DNA from: Candidatus Pacebacteria bacterium UBA6180
GTDB lineage: Bacteria; Patescibacteriota; Microgenomatia; UBA1400; PJMF01
Length of the DNA stretch: 64,000 bases
Assembly: GCA_002422165.1 (NCBI GenBank)
Contig: DITQ01000008.1
Location: 125,082 to 189,081 of the forward strand
Direction: 5' to 3'
The translations under genes and the position numbers were made by a program. The notes beneath the pieces are model-generated. The model searched no databases and was not told where the DNA came from. It saw only the letters and a program-made list of their open reading frames with translations. Numbering within the stretch: position 1 is the first letter of the stretch; every line of letters starts with the position of its first letter. Positions 10,120 to 20,347 of this stretch are shown here, piece by piece.

Positions 10120-11701
10120 AGCCGACTGCGCTGAAAGCGCTTAGGCAATTACCGAGCAGTCGCGGCCAAGTATTTTGAGTGAAGCGCGATTTAACTTGAT
10201 AGTCGCCAGCAGGCAAACTATAAGCCAAACGCCCAGCAATCATCTCGTCATCAATATAATTGACCTTTTGTCCATCAATTCTGGTCTCCCAACCAGGAAA
10301 AAAGGCTGTTGATTCGACAAGAATCGCTTCAGATTCTAAGTGAAGTTGATATTGGCGTTTGGTGCCGTAAAACTGTTCCAGGTAGACCTGGCCTTCGCCC
10401 TGGAGAATAAAAACTGGTTCTTCTTTTTCAGCAAAAAAAGCAAACTTGAAACTTTTGGGCATATTTTCTTGATTGACCGAAGTGGTGCCAGCATCAGCAT
10501 CAAAGTCAATCTGTTCTTGGTGACGAAAGTCGATGGGTCGCACTTGCCAAAATTGCCAAACTTGAAGCAGTAAAAGCAGGCTTAAAAATAATTTTCCAAC
10601 CGAACTCAAATTTTCAAAAATAAGTGCACTAAGTGGCAAAAGTGTAATTGCCAAAAATAAGGAAAGACGCCAAGGAAATTGAATGAAGTCAGCAAAGGGC
10701 ACTGTTTCATAAAGTATTTTGCTAAAAGGTAGTTGCGCTAACACCAAAATAAAGCTAGTAAGGAAAAAAACCAAATTCTGGCCTGGTTTACGTCTCAACA
10801 GATAAATAATACTGAGAAACAAAATTAGCAGTTGCAACCCACCAAGTCCCAAAGACATCGAGTCGACATTGCCCCAATAGGAGTAGCCGAATTCAATTGG
10901 CAAACGCAACAACTGATTAAGATTCGGGAAATGACGGTAATAATTCAAAGTTAAATCAACTTGATCTAGAGTAATTAAATTTTTCTCCACAATCGCTGGC
11001 AACCAGAACCACAAGGCCATAAAAAAGGCCCAAGCAAAAGAGAAAGCGAGCTTGCGCCAGGCTGTAAAATTCTTCGCAAAGTTGAAAATTGAGTAGAAAA
11101 GCAGCAAAATGCTGGCAAAAAAGGCCGCAATATTGTGAGCTAAGAAAAGCAGCAGTAAGCTCAAGGTCAAAGCAAAAAAATATCGACTCCAAAATACTTT
11201 TTCATTCTTAATCTTTTCTAGCAGGTAAAAGATCCAGGGTAAAATACCAATAGCCATGATTTCACCGATGTTGCCGCGAAAAATAATACTAGTCAAAATA
11301 TAAGGGTTAACTGCCAAAACTGTCAAAGCAAAAATTCTTGCAAGACGAGAAAAATTACGGCTGCGTAAAAAGAAATTGCTGCCAACTAAACCAAACAAAA
11401 CGCTCAGGGTCATGATGATTTTAAAGGCAATTTCGTAGTGAATATTAAGAATCGAAAAAGGCAGTGAGAAAATATTAGCCAAAGGATAATTGTAGTTAAA
11501 AACAGGGTAACCATAGCCATTAACTAAGTTAGGTGCCAGTCGCGGCGGCAGGTGCAATTCACGAACAGCAATTTTGTAATTGGCAAAACGCACCAAGTGG
11601 TTTTGACCATCGTGAGTGACTGGCACACCTTGGATCAGAAAGTGACGAGAGCTGATGGCAGCAAGAAAAAGGTAGAAAAAAACTCGCAAAATTTTAATCA
11701 T
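10052..11701 (-). CDS. GT-C-like membrane protein (YfhO / PTPS-related), paralog of 8383..10119
   Basis: HDGQNHLVR, GYGYPVFNYNYP, RGNIGE, IQFPWRL, FFPGWETRIDG. Confidence 0.8.
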   Translation of the reverse strand: MIKILRVFFYLFLAAISSRHFLIQGVPVTHDGQNHLVRFANYKIAVRELHLPPRLAPNLVNGYGYPVFNYNYPLANIFSLPFSILNIHYEIAFKIIMTLSVLFGLVGSNFFLRSRNFSRLARIFALTVLAVNPYILTSIIFRGNIGEIMAIGILPWIFYLLEKIKNEKVFWSRYFFALTLSLLLLFLAHNIAAFFASILLLFYSIFNFAKNFTAWRKLAFSFAWAFFMALWFWLPAIVEKNLITLDQVDLTLNYYRHFPNLNQLLRLPIEFGYSYWGNVDSMSLGLGGLQLLILFLSIIYLLRRKPGQNLVFFLTSFILVLAQLPFSKILYETVPFADFIQFPWRLSLFLAITLLPLSALIFENLSSVGKLFLSLLLLLQVWQFWQVRPIDFRHQEQIDFDADAGTTSVNQENMPKSFKFAFFAEKEEPVFILQGEGQVYLEQFYGTKRQYQLHLESEAILVESTAFFPGWETRIDGQKVNYIDDEMIAGRLAYSLPAGDYQVKSRFTQNTWPRLLGNCLSAFSAVGFIFCFWQMERSNKNRSTRLREK

Positions 11702-13340
11702 TTTTTTTCATTTGCCCTTCTTTGACCACCAGAATTAGACTTGGTTCGCCGTCTAAAAAATTAAATTCTTCAATTTTTTCGTAACCCTCTGGAATTTTTT
11801 CCTCATAATAAATAAATTTGGCAAGTTTTTTACCTACATCTTTATCATCCAATAAATAAGCAAACGGGTCTGGCAAACCAAAACTATTGACTGGGCTGTT
11901 GAGAAAAGCGTTCTTGAGTTCACGAGTCGACTCTAGCAATTCGGGAAATTGATAGTAAACAAAAATTCTGGGCAACCAATAGCGTTCGTCAATTTCAATT
12001 TTACTAAATTCTTGGTAGTGATCGCGCAGGTAGATTGCGACCTGGTTGTAGCTATAAAGCCAAGCAGCACTTGAGCGAGATTTATAATCAATGAAGTAAT
12101 CACTGTAATAAAAAATAGCATTGAGCGCAAAAATACCAATCACAATAAGTAGCAGAATTTTACCAGCTCGCAAATAGAATTCATTGAGTCCCCAAGCAAT
12201 TAAAATTGAGAAAGGAAGCAGCAAATAAATGGCTCGTGAGGCGTGCGGCACTTCATAAACCATCGCTGCTGGAATGGGAGACAGGAGCATTAAAGCTAGT
12301 AAAAACCAACTTAATTTGCTGCGCCAGTTAAGCACTAACAATAACGCTCCTAAATAGAAAAAAGGGGCTGTCACCAAGAATAATTCTCCTAAATAGCCAG
12401 AGTGTTGGCGAAGATTTGAGTCACCCCGTAGAAAAAGAAAGTCAACGCTAAAATGGGAACTCATGTTGACCAGAAAATCTCTAGTCACAAAAACGTAACG
12501 GTGATAAACCAAGCGCGCCAATAAACTAGAATTATATTTTTCTAAGTAGGCGCTTGATTCTTCAATCGCTTGGCGATGATGAATCAAATTATTGTTGTTG
12601 AGCCGATAATCTTGGCTGCGCGCATAATAGGGTGAGCGTAGCATCGGGATCATGCTGAGTACGAAAAATAACATTGCGGCAGCCAACCACAACTTGCGGT
12701 TTTTGATTTTATGCCAAAAAATCACGATTAAACTCGCGCATAGCAGCGGCACAATCAAGCGCAGTGAATAATAAGAGTAGACACTAATGCTGGCGAAAAC
12801 AGTGCTGACGAGAAAATACCAAGCTTGAGTGCGCACTGCGCGCAGGAAAAAAATTAGCGCCAACAGTAAAAACGCCACCGATAAGCTCGACTCGAGACCA
12901 ATACGACCAAAATGAACACTCCAGGGAGAAATTGCCAACATCAGTGCCGTCAAAAGCGGCATAAAGCGATAGCGCTTGAGTCTTGGCTCAAGTAAAAGCA
13001 ACTCTCGCACTAACATATAAATCAGATAGACACTCAAAATAGAAAAAATTGTCACTGGCAAGCGAATTGCAAAAGCATTCAAACCAAAAACTCTGACCGA
13101 CAAGCTGCTCAACCAAATCAAAACTGGTGCTTTGAAATCACCATAAGAACCAAGCACTGGTGCTAACCAGTGTTGGTTGTTCATATCTTTGCCAGTTTGA
13201 CTGATGCTGTAAGCATCTAAACCGATCGCTGCCTCGTCCCAGTAGAGACTGATGGGATTATTTCTGAGCTGCCAAAAGCGCAAAAAACTTGCCAGAAGTA
13301 AAATAACCAAGAGCAGTAAACCTTCAGTTTTTTTAGTCAT
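11694..13340 (-). CDS. GT-C fold membrane glycosyltransferase (ArnT/PMT-like)
   Basis: YWDEAAIGLDAY...SYGDFKAP, IRLP, ISPWSVHFGR, GDSNLRQH, PHASRA. Confidence 0.85.
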   Translation of the reverse strand: MTKKTEGLLLLVILLLASFLRFWQLRNNPISLYWDEAAIGLDAYSISQTGKDMNNQHWLAPVLGSYGDFKAPVLIWLSSLSVRVFGLNAFAIRLPVTIFSILSVYLIYMLVRELLLLEPRLKRYRFMPLLTALMLAISPWSVHFGRIGLESSLSVAFLLLALIFFLRAVRTQAWYFLVSTVFASISVYSYYSLRLIVPLLCASLIVIFWHKIKNRKLWLAAAMLFFVLSMIPMLRSPYYARSQDYRLNNNNLIHHRQAIEESSAYLEKYNSSLLARLVYHRYVFVTRDFLVNMSSHFSVDFLFLRGDSNLRQHSGYLGELFLVTAPFFYLGALLLVLNWRSKLSWFLLALMLLSPIPAAMVYEVPHASRAIYLLLPFSILIAWGLNEFYLRAGKILLLIVIGIFALNAIFYYSDYFIDYKSRSSAAWLYSYNQVAIYLRDHYQEFSKIEIDERYWLPRIFVYYQFPELLESTRELKNAFLNSPVNSFGLPDPFAYLLDDKDVGKKLAKFIYYEEKIPEGYEKIEEFNFLDGEPSLILVVKEGQMKKND

Positions 13341-14877
13341 AAACTTGCAAGCCTAAACTTTGCGAAATAATAATTTTTTCTTCTGCTTGGAGATCCTCAA
13401 TTTCTTTGATGAAGTGATAGTTGAGTAATTTTTCACCATAATAAAAATTGATACTATCGGCATCCTGGTATTTCATGGTAGCAAAAAACTGCTCGGCAGG
13501 CACGCGCAAGTACCAGGCAGTTAAAATGTATTGATAGCCACCACCATCAATCACCGCCACTTTTTGCTCACTGTATTTGTTAACAGCTTCTCTCAAAAGC
13601 TGCGGGTATGCTACAAACAAAGATTCAGGCTGGTTGTCTGGATAAACCATAAAATAATGGCGATAATAAATCGTCGCTTCGAGCAGCAGCAATCCAACCA
13701 CGAGTAAAGAAATTACCTTACTCTGTTTGCTAAAAATTCGTGTAAGCTTGTCAAAAAATAAAGTAGCCAAACAAAGCAACATAAAAAAGAATAATAAACT
13801 CCTGGTCGCATGAGGACTATCGACCGTAACCACTGAAGGCGCTAGGGAGACAAGTAGTAGGTAGAGCCAAAGCAAATGTCTTTTAACCAGCTTGGCAGAT
13901 TGATCAAATAAGCGCACTACTAACTCGCCAAGAAAATCAATCAACATAAAAAGCGCCAAAAAGTAGGCACTGTAAAACAAGTGACCAAATCCAGCTAAAT
14001 TATGCCAAGGATGAGAACCACCATTTTTCACCAAAAAACTCAATGAGAAACTCTCTACTAGGTTAGTCCACATTAGTTTGGCGTAGAAAACATACTGGTT
14101 GCCCAGTAGCGCTTGCCACAAACCGTTGAAGCTCGCTCGGTACTGAGCGTATGCTAGCCAAGTACTTGAGTCATTAAAAATCGTAATGCCACTTTTTTGG
14201 CTCGCTAAAGAAAAAAAATTAATCGCTCCCCAGACAAAAATTGCCAAGATGAGCAAGCTTGGCCACAGCCATTTTTTGTAATTTTTGACTCCCTGATCAT
14301 AAATTAATGCAGGCAAAAGGAGTGGTAAAAGCAGCAAAGGGGTGTTGTAAGTCAAAACAGCGATCAATAAACATAATGAAGCAAGCAAAACTTGGCGTTT
14401 ATTACGAAATAATAAATACAAACCGAACACAAAAAATAACAAAGCGAAGTTGGCTTCGAAAGCACTGCGTGAGTAAAAAAAGAATACTGGACTAATTGCT
14501 GCCAGAAAGGCCATTAGCAAGGCGCTGTTTGCTTTGACCCTCAAAACATCTCTGGCAAAGAAAAAAACCAAAACAACCAGCATCACCCCTGCTAAAGCAG
14601 AAGGTAAGCGTACTAAAAAATCACTTGGCTGGAAAAAGCTAAAAAGTACTGCTAATAAATATGGATAACCTGGTAATTTGTAGTCGCCAAAAGATTTCAA
14701 GGTTAGTGGCCAGGCAACTTGCCATTCATCTTGCCTGGTTTCTGCTAAAAGATAAGCATTGTAAGCCAAAGCCGCTTCATCTCTATTGAGAATAGCTGGC
14801 AGCTGCTCTAGGCGGAAAAAGCGCAAAGCAAAGGCTAAAAAAATAATCGTCAATAATAAGAGCGACTTAGTTTTCAT
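13333..14877 (-). CDS. GT-C fold membrane glycosyltransferase (ArnT/PMT-like)
   Basis: NRDEAALAYNAY...SFGDYKLP, VRLP, PHATRS. Start set at MKTKSLLL (14877). Confidence 0.85.
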   Translation of the reverse strand: MKTKSLLLLTIIFLAFALRFFRLEQLPAILNRDEAALAYNAYLLAETRQDEWQVAWPLTLKSFGDYKLPGYPYLLAVLFSFFQPSDFLVRLPSALAGVMLVVLVFFFARDVLRVKANSALLMAFLAAISPVFFFYSRSAFEANFALLFFVFGLYLLFRNKRQVLLASLCLLIAVLTYNTPLLLLPLLLPALIYDQGVKNYKKWLWPSLLILAIFVWGAINFFSLASQKSGITIFNDSSTWLAYAQYRASFNGLWQALLGNQYVFYAKLMWTNLVESFSLSFLVKNGGSHPWHNLAGFGHLFYSAYFLALFMLIDFLGELVVRLFDQSAKLVKRHLLWLYLLLVSLAPSVVTVDSPHATRSLLFFFMLLCLATLFFDKLTRIFSKQSKVISLLVVGLLLLEATIYYRHYFMVYPDNQPESLFVAYPQLLREAVNKYSEQKVAVIDGGGYQYILTAWYLRVPAEQFFATMKYQDADSINFYYGEKLLNYHFIKEIEDLQAEEKIIISQSLGLQVYD

Positions 14878-16540
14878 AAAAACTCCAAACTTCACCTTCT
14901 GTCTGATCAATTAATTTTAAAGCTTGCTGATTAAAATTGGCAGCGCGAAACTCTGGCGAGCTGATAAGCAGAATGGACTTGGATAAATCCAGCTCGTCTG
15001 CCTGATCGATGAAGCTAATTTTACCGAAATTGAGAAATTCACCTTGGTCTTTACGAGCTGTCTCATTCGCGGTTTGCACTAAACGTGGCTCGACTTGTGC
15101 ATAATAAAAATAGTACATCGCTGGCCGGCCTTGTTCGCGGGTAATGTAGATTTGCTCGTAATTGGCCTCTCTATCAAGCAGCTTGCCGACCATTTCTTCA
15201 TAACCAAATTGCCATTCGTGGCGGTATTTTTTCGGATAGATAAAAATCAGCTGGTAGAAAAAAGTTGCAAAAAAAACAAGGTAAGCCAAAGTTAGCACGG
15301 TGTTGAGGATTTTTGGCGTCATCTTCAGCTTGCAAAGCTCCACCAACTGCCACCAGGCAAAACTAAGTAAAACAATAAAAACTGGCCAAGCGGTGAGCGT
15401 TCGCAGAGCATGTGGCGTAGCCTTAGTAAAAGCTGCCGGCAAAATACCTAGTAGCAAAAAAGCAAACAATAACAAGCTAATTTTGCGGCGCTGACGCAGT
15501 AAAAAGTAGCCAGCAAAAATAAATAGCAACAGGTCTAAATAGTAAAAGTTGCCAAAGGTTTGGATGCTATGACGAGGATTATTATCGCCACTAACAAACA
15601 GGTAATTATAGCTAAAATGACTAGCGAAGTTCAAAATAGCCTCACGAGCAAAAAAAACATAACGGTGAAAAAAAGCACGAGCCAGCCAAGTGTTTTTATA
15701 AGCAGCACGCCACTCATTGCTTTCTTCGATTAAATTTAAATCATTGAAAATGCTAGTCTCAGCAATCCGTTGTTGACCACTTTGACCAAGTAGAGATATG
15801 GTGACTGGATAAATCATGATCAGCCCAAGTATCGCTGCAAGTAATAAGGCACGCCAGTTAAATTGATGTGATATTTTTTTGACCGTCAACCGATGATAAA
15901 CAAAATAGGCAGCCATCACGCTCAAGCCCAGTAGCGGCGCAGTCAAGCGGGCGCTGTGATAAGCATAGGTTGATAAAGTTAATAGCAAAGTTGCTAAAAT
16001 TAGCCACTTACTGCGATTGCTTTTGATAAAAAATAAGCCAAAAATAAAACCCCATAGGATTAGAGCGCTGGCCAAAACGCTTTCCCAGGCACTGCGAGAA
16101 AATACAAGCAACCAAGGCGAAATCGTTCCCAAAAATAAACTGCTATGAAACACAAAATTAGCCGCTTGCTTATCTTTTGGCCGATAAAAATGCAAAAATA
16201 AAAAGCGACTCAAAACCGCTGTGCCCAAAATTAAAGCTAGCGAAGCCAAAATAGTCGGCAAGCGCACCGCCAATAAATTCAGACCAAAGATTTTGATGAA
16301 AGGCACTGCCGCATAAAAATACAGGCTAGGCTTGTGATCGCCAAAAGATTCAAAAGAACTAAGCGGCAAAAAATTACCATGGTGATCTCTCCCCGTCAGA
16401 GTGATGTTGTAGGCATCATAGCCCAAGGCCACCTCCTCCCAATAAGGGCTGGGTGGAGAAATCATCAAAGCATAGAACCTGGAAAAAATTGCTAAAAATA
16501 ACAAGAGAGGCAATAAAGCAAACTTGACAGCTAGTTTCAT
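14867..16540 (-). CDS. GT-C fold membrane glycosyltransferase (ArnT/PMT-like)
   Basis: YWEEVALGYDAY...SFGDHKPS, VRLP, GDNNPRHS, PHALRT. Confidence 0.85.
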   Translation of the reverse strand: MKLAVKFALLPLLLFLAIFSRFYALMISPPSPYWEEVALGYDAYNITLTGRDHHGNFLPLSSFESFGDHKPSLYFYAAVPFIKIFGLNLLAVRLPTILASLALILGTAVLSRFLFLHFYRPKDKQAANFVFHSSLFLGTISPWLLVFSRSAWESVLASALILWGFIFGLFFIKSNRSKWLILATLLLTLSTYAYHSARLTAPLLGLSVMAAYFVYHRLTVKKISHQFNWRALLLAAILGLIMIYPVTISLLGQSGQQRIAETSIFNDLNLIEESNEWRAAYKNTWLARAFFHRYVFFAREAILNFASHFSYNYLFVSGDNNPRHSIQTFGNFYYLDLLLFIFAGYFLLRQRRKISLLLFAFLLLGILPAAFTKATPHALRTLTAWPVFIVLLSFAWWQLVELCKLKMTPKILNTVLTLAYLVFFATFFYQLIFIYPKKYRHEWQFGYEEMVGKLLDREANYEQIYITREQGRPAMYYFYYAQVEPRLVQTANETARKDQGEFLNFGKISFIDQADELDLSKSILLISSPEFRAANFNQQALKLIDQTEGEVWSFYEN

Positions 16541-17985
16541 AAATTTCGTCGCAAACTTCTAATTTCTGCTGCAAATCTCTTACCCGAAATTGCCAAAAAT
16601 ATAGTCGCATATAGAGCAAAACTCGCCACGCCGCCCAAAAAGAAATAGTTAAAACTAAGACTCCACCACTTCAGGCCTAGCATTCCAAAGCCAGCCATCA
16701 AACCACTAGCTACAAGCTGTGCCCAGACGTTTCTCATGATTTGCACGGGCACATATTTTTTGATCAAAATGACTGAAAGCACAGAAGTCCAAGAAATCAG
16801 GAAGGCGGCGATGGCTACGCCGTTGAAAGCAAAACGATAAACAAGCAAAGGAGTTAACAACCAAGTCAAAGTCGTCCAAAAAATCATCAGCTTGAGAGTT
16901 TGGTTGATTTTACCAATAGCGTTTAGACTATTGACTAGGGGTGTCGAAATTGCCGACCATGCGATACTTAGCGAAAACAAGACGAAACTAAACAAAGCTG
17001 GTTGCCACTTAGCGTAGCGTGGCACCAATTCCGTCAGAGGATAAACGAAAACGCTCATTCCCACCAAAGTGGGGAAAATAAATAAGGCGATAAAATAAAT
17101 CGATTTCTCGATGGCTTTTTTGAGTAAATCTGGGTGGTTTTGCAAGCGCGAAAAAGTTGGAAAAGTAATCGCCATGACGTTTTGCACCGTCAGATTATAT
17201 GGATACATTGACCAATTTTTGGCCCACTGCATGTAACCAAAATCACGTAAGGGCAAAAAAGCTCCTAGTAACAAGAAATATAACTGGTCTTTGATCCGCG
17301 CCAATAGATCATTGAGTTGAAATTTGATTCCAAAACCAATTAAGCCACGAAGTGAATTCATGGTGATTTTCAAACGAGGCAACCATGGTTGAATCACTTG
17401 AATAACGATGATGCCAATAATTGAGCGGGCTAAAATTGCGTAAACATAAGAAACGATGCCAAAACCATGCCAAGCCATGAAAATCAAAATGCCGTGAAAG
17501 ACCAACTGTTCAAAAATTTGTGGCAAAACCAATTTATTAAAGTCTAAACGGCGCTCTAAAATGATCGAGGAAACAGTTTTAAAAGTAGCTAGGGGAAAAG
17601 AAATACCTAATGCTAGCAACACCCAGATTCCCTGTTCACCTAGTTTGTTTTGTAAAGCATCGATACGACTCAAACCTAAAATTAGCAAAAATAACAAACA
17701 AGCCAAGAGAAACTGAACACTAAAGGCAGTTTTATGATCGTCCTCGCTTGGCTCATTTTTCTTCTGAATCAGCGCTGCTGCCAAACCAATATCAGAGAAG
17801 AAGACCAGCAAAGCAATAATCTGAGTGACAATGCCAAAAATTCCAAACTCTTCTGGCGAGAAAAAAGCGCTCAAAACGAAAGCCGAAGCCAAGCCAATTC
17901 CCTGGATCAAGATTGTGCGTAAGAAGAAAGAGAAAACACCCCTAACGGATTTGCGTTTGATTTGATCAACTTCTAGGGTTTGCAT
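16537..17985 (-). CDS. Oligosaccharide flippase (Wzx/MOP superfamily)
   Basis: About 12-14 TM; SPEEFGIF, FSDIGLAAALIQ, LERRLDF, TFPTFSRLQ (WzxC-like). Confidence 0.88.
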   Translation of the reverse strand: MQTLEVDQIKRKSVRGVFSFFLRTILIQGIGLASAFVLSAFFSPEEFGIFGIVTQIIALLVFFSDIGLAAALIQKKNEPSEDDHKTAFSVQFLLACLLFLLILGLSRIDALQNKLGEQGIWVLLALGISFPLATFKTVSSIILERRLDFNKLVLPQIFEQLVFHGILIFMAWHGFGIVSYVYAILARSIIGIIVIQVIQPWLPRLKITMNSLRGLIGFGIKFQLNDLLARIKDQLYFLLLGAFLPLRDFGYMQWAKNWSMYPYNLTVQNVMAITFPTFSRLQNHPDLLKKAIEKSIYFIALFIFPTLVGMSVFVYPLTELVPRYAKWQPALFSFVLFSLSIAWSAISTPLVNSLNAIGKINQTLKLMIFWTTLTWLLTPLLVYRFAFNGVAIAAFLISWTSVLSVILIKKYVPVQIMRNVWAQLVASGLMAGFGMLGLKWWSLSFNYFFLGGVASFALYATIFLAISGKRFAAEIRSLRRNL

Positions 17986-18056
17986 GAGTCCTGCTCATTC
18001 TAGTCGACTTTTTTCGCTTTGAAAATAAGCGCCTTTTCCAATATACTGCGAGGAGG

Positions 18057-19166
18057 ATGAATAAAGACCTCTTAGTCACTCTTGAATACAAGAAGCCTAG
18101 TGGTTTTTGGCGCTTCTTTCTATGGACTTTGGCCATACTCTTTTTGACCGCAATTAGCCTGGTGATTTACCTATATGTCCAGAGCAATAAACTTGTCAAG
18201 GGTTTTACCGCTGGAGCAGAAATCAGTCGCGAAGAATTTTTTGATCAAAGCAATCAGTTTCTAACTGCTTTGCAGAGTCATTACCAAGAAGTTGGCGAGT
18301 TGCCAGAGAAATACAACTTTTTGATTCTCGGCACAGACAAGCTCAGTGGTCGCGAAGGTGATCCCGAGTTGACCGATAGCATAATGCTGCTGCAACTTGA
18401 CTTTGAAGCTGGAGAAATCAAAACTCTATCACTGCCTCGCGACCTATATAACGATGACTACCAAACTAAAATCAACGCTCTATATTTCTATGGTTTAGAA
18501 AAATATCCTGATGAGCCGGGAAAGTTTCCGAGAGAAGTACTTACTGAGATGACAGACCTTAAATTTGATTACACTCTGGTCATCAGTATTGAAGACCTGG
18601 AAAAATTAATTGCCTTGGTTGGCGATATCGAGCTAGATGTGCCGACTGCTTTTACTGATCCAAGTTTTCCCATTCCTGGAGTGGACGTTCACACCGTGCG
18701 TGATCCAAAGCTACTATATGAAGAAATTAGCTTCGAGACTGGGCTTCAAACTATGGATAGCGCGACTGCGCTCAAATACATGCGTAGTCGCTACAGCGAA
18801 GGTGATGAAGGCACTGATTTGGCTCGCTCCGCTCGCCAGCAGCTCGTCCTAGAAGCTTTGGCTTCAAAACTAATAAAAGCTCAAGATCCATTTCTCTTTG
18901 GTCAACTTTACCGCTTCTACCTCGACAGATTCTCTAAATTTTTGCCAGCAGAGGAAATTGCTAAGTTGCTCAGCGTCTACTTGAACTATGTCGAGAGGAA
19001 TCAAGCTACCGAATTGACTTTTGTCAAACACCAGTTGCCGATCTACCCTACGGATGACAACGGTGTCATTTATAATCCTCCATTCTGGCAGAGTAGACAG
19101 CAGTGGATTTATCAGATCAAAGATCAACAAACCTTTAAAGAAAGCCTAGATGCTGTTTTCAACTAA
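18057..19166 (+). CDS. LytR-CpsA-Psr (LCP) family glycopolymer ligase
   Basis: Single N-terminal TM; LILGTD, TDSIML, SLPRDLY, KINA, ALKYMRSR, DLARSARQQ. Upstream TTGAAA-17-TATACT and GAGGAGG. Confidence 0.9.
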   Translation: MNKDLLVTLEYKKPSGFWRFFLWTLAILFLTAISLVIYLYVQSNKLVKGFTAGAEISREEFFDQSNQFLTALQSHYQEVGELPEKYNFLILGTDKLSGREGDPELTDSIMLLQLDFEAGEIKTLSLPRDLYNDDYQTKINALYFYGLEKYPDEPGKFPREVLTEMTDLKFDYTLVISIEDLEKLIALVGDIELDVPTAFTDPSFPIPGVDVHTVRDPKLLYEEISFETGLQTMDSATALKYMRSRYSEGDEGTDLARSARQQLVLEALASKLIKAQDPFLFGQLYRFYLDRFSKFLPAEEIAKLLSVYLNYVERNQATELTFVKHQLPIYPTDDNGVIYNPPFWQSRQQWIYQIKDQQTFKESLDAVFN

Positions 19167-19317
19167 AAATCTATTTCGCCTTATGTTACTGTTAATTATT
19201 GTCTTGGCCTTGGCTGCCGGCTATTACCAATCAGCGCTAGAGGTGGAACAACGCAAAAATAAATATTTACGAAATCAGATCGAAATCTTAAGCAAGCAAG
19301 AAACAACGAAAATCTAA
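19150..19317 (+). CDS. Small (55 aa) single-TM plus coiled-coil protein
   Basis: Manual translation MLFSTKNLFRLMLLLIIVLALAAGYYQSALEVEQRKNKYLRNQIEILSKQETTKI*. It fills the LCP-rmlB gap, overlapping the LCP stop and ending 4 nt before rmlB. Confidence 0.65.
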   Translation: MLFSTKNLFRLMLLLIIVLALAAGYYQSALEVEQRKNKYLRNQIEILSKQETTKI

Positions 19318-19321
19318 ACAT

Positions 19322-20344
19322 ATGTCGCAAAAAACTCTCCTCGTCACTGGCGGCGCTGGCTTCATCGGCTCCAATTTCATTCGCCATTATTTGCAAGCTC
19401 ACCCAGAAGATAAAATTATCAATCTAGACCTTTTGACTTACGCAGGCAACCTAAGCACTCTGACAGAAGTTGCCAACAATCCTAATTACCGCTTCGTCCA
19501 GGGAGACATTTGCGACCCACAAACTGTCGATCAGCTGATGGCTGAAATTGATACAGTTGTTCACTTCGCTGCCGAAACACACGTGGATCGCTCGATTATG
19601 GAACCAGCGGTTTTCTTACAAACCAACGTCATTGGCACCCAAGTTTTGCTTGATGGTGCTTTGCGCCACAAGATTAAACGCTTCCACCACATCTCCACTG
19701 ACGAGGTTTTTGGCGCTTTGCCACTTGATTCAGCTACAAAATTCACTGAGGACACTCCCTATAATCCACACAGTCCATACTCTGCTTCCAAAGCTGCTTC
19801 CGACCACCTAGTACGAGCTTACGGCGACACCTATGGTTTACCCTACACCCTCAGCAACTGCTCCAATAACTATGGCGAATATCATTTTCCTGAAAAAATG
19901 ATTCCCTTAGCGATCACCAATCTCATCGATGACCAAAAAGTCCCAGTCTATGGTGATGGCCTGTACGTTCGTGACTGGCTTTATGTACAAGATCACGCTC
20001 GCGGCATTGACCTCGTCTTGAGAGATGGAGAGATTGGTAAAACCTACCTTTTCGGCGGTCTCTACAAAGACATCAATAACTTGGAACTAGTCAAAATGAT
20101 TCTCTCCATCATGGGTAAAGACGAGAGCCATATCGAACATGTTTTGGATAGACCTGGCCACGATCGACGCTACAGTGTTGATTTTTCGAAAACCAGTCAA
20201 GCACTTGGTTGGCAGCCAAGCCTGGATTTAGAGGAAGGTTTGCGTAGAACCATTTCCTGGTATCAGGCTAACCAAGCTTGGTGGCGACCACTCAAGGAGA
20301 AAAATCAAGCCTACTTCACCAAGCAATACCAAGAAAGAAAGTAA
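19322..20344 (+). CDS. rmlB: dTDP-glucose 4,6-dehydratase
   Basis: VTGGAGFIGSNF, DLLTYAGN, HFAAETHVDRS, STDEVFG, YSASK, CSNNYG, RPGHDRRY. Confidence 0.96.
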   Translation: MSQKTLLVTGGAGFIGSNFIRHYLQAHPEDKIINLDLLTYAGNLSTLTEVANNPNYRFVQGDICDPQTVDQLMAEIDTVVHFAAETHVDRSIMEPAVFLQTNVIGTQVLLDGALRHKIKRFHHISTDEVFGALPLDSATKFTEDTPYNPHSPYSASKAASDHLVRAYGDTYGLPYTLSNCSNNYGEYHFPEKMIPLAITNLIDDQKVPVYGDGLYVRDWLYVQDHARGIDLVLRDGEIGKTYLFGGLYKDINNLELVKMILSIMGKDESHIEHVLDRPGHDRRYSVDFSKTSQALGWQPSLDLEEGLRRTISWYQANQAWWRPLKEKNQAYFTKQYQERK

Positions 20345-20347
20345 AAA

